DNA of 64,000 nucleotides from Octopus sinensis (taxonomy: Eukaryota): the NCBI RefSeq assembly GCF_006345805.1, contig NC_043018.1, positions 3,968,001 through 4,032,000 of the forward strand, read 5' to 3'. Below, in pieces: positions 62,762-64,000 of this stretch (the stretch's first letter is position 1; each line of letters begins with the position of its first letter). Both the position numbers and the translations under genes were made by a program. The notes under the pieces were generated by a model. That model made no database searches. It was not told the DNA's origin and saw only the letters and a program-made list of their open reading frames with translations.

Positions 62762-64000
62762 AATATATATAATTTTATTTCAGCATGGTTCCGAAGTCCT
62801 TTAGTAAACACACTGATATAAAATGGTATATCAGCTATTTAGATAAAAACTAGATGAATCATTACTGACTCGTGAGTCATAGCTTCATGACTCTACTGTT
62901 GTTATTTTCAGTTTTTTTTTTAGTTCTTGTCTAGCCTAGAGTTTTTCCATAGGTTCTTATGGGACAGGGGCTGTGTGGGTGGACAAATTACTGTTTCTTA
63001 AATTTAAGATAGTTTTAAAATTTTAAGCCTTTTGATACTAACCTGCTTGAGATTTGTCCTGATTCTATAAAATTAAAAGCTTCCATCAAAATTTCATGTT
63101 CATTTATGTTCCAAACACCAGCTTACTAATGGCACTTATTTTACTAAAGTTCTTCATACATAAGTGGAGAGTAAAATAATTTCAGTTTTTTTGTGAGAGA
63201 GGAGAAGGGTCTGGTATTTGTCATTTTGAGAACTATGGGAAGGAGGAGAAGTTAGCTTCCTAGCAGCCCTAGTCAAGCTTTCTGTGATAAGAGTTTTTCT
63301 TTTTGCTTTTGTGGCCATCTTTCTGCATGTTGGCGACTGACTGCATTGTCCACTGTAACCTTTTTTAAAAATTTTATTTATGGCAATAAGGCAGGCAGTT
63401 TGGCTGTTATTTCTATTAGGTTGAATAACAATATACCTGTTGGGGCTTTTTGTTGTGGAGAATAGCTACTGGATCCTTTTGTTCCAATTACCTAGGATAG
63501 ATATGCTCTTTATCCAGATGTGTGCATTTACATTTGCACTCTATGGAAGTCTTGGACTTTGGTGTTGTCACTTCTGTCAACAAATCATCTGCTTGTTTTG
63601 CACCTTTTGGTGACATGTGAAAGAAGATAACCACTTGAAAAAAATGAGTTAAGGGAATGCTGAATAACAATGCTTTCATAAAAATATATTCATTTAACCC
63701 ATGCTAGCAATGGAAAATGTACAGAAAACAAATGATCTCTCAAGATTTTGATCAACCTGAAGTTGTAGTAGAAGACACTCATCTAAGGTAACACATAGTT
63801 GCAATCCAAGCTTCTTAATCATACAACTACCATTCTTGTGCATTATAGTTAATATTTCCTTACTTTTTCTGGCACTAAAGAAAAAAACAAACAAAAATAT
63901 TATTAAATTCCTTAGATTCACCAGATTTGTATTTGAAGTGGACTGTTCTTTTGAAAGAACTGTGTGATAATTCAGGGTTTTAAAAAGACAACTTTGCCAA

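Noticed and set aside
63491-63634. Possible minus-strand exon (MSPKGAKQADDLL...)
   Set aside because: The acceptor is weak, there is no recognisable homology and no partner exons were found.

Overview
AT-rich, repeat-dominated animal DNA, most likely from an octopus or other coleoid cephalopod. This is inferred from abundant tRNA-derived CORE-type and Nin/Deu-domain SINEs, RTE LINEs and TA/CA microsatellites. There is a 100-N gap at 7910-8009. Most ORF-track entries are microsatellite or antisense artefacts. Host-gene material is fragmentary: a minus-strand Treslin/TICRR N-terminal exon (~22.8-23.6 kb) with an indel-disrupted start and a probable GC donor; a degraded OSTM1-like first coding exon with a candidate promoter (~18.7-21.0 kb); an orphan Ser-rich open frame truncated by satellite (28270-28686); and an unidentified terminal exon (32425-32645). 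Mobile elements include RTE copies with a PHD finger inside the RT, CR1-group, CRE-like, R4/Dong and Penelope fragments, a Gypsy relic, a solo LTR, a Tc1 relic and several non-autonomous Helitrons. The most unusual features are (i) a Penelope-type inverted pseudo-LTR with a minimal hammerhead ribozyme showing G3:C8 core covariation, (ii) a 3.5-kb CpG-rich block of ~210-bp subrepeats, each with a TATAGGTAG Pol I-initiator-like motif, plus a fold-back palindrome, (iii) two arrays of a 32-bp pyrimidine-rich satellite at sequence breakpoints, and (iv) several near-perfect inverted duplications. All family assignments are by eye and from recalled sequences; no database searches were run.
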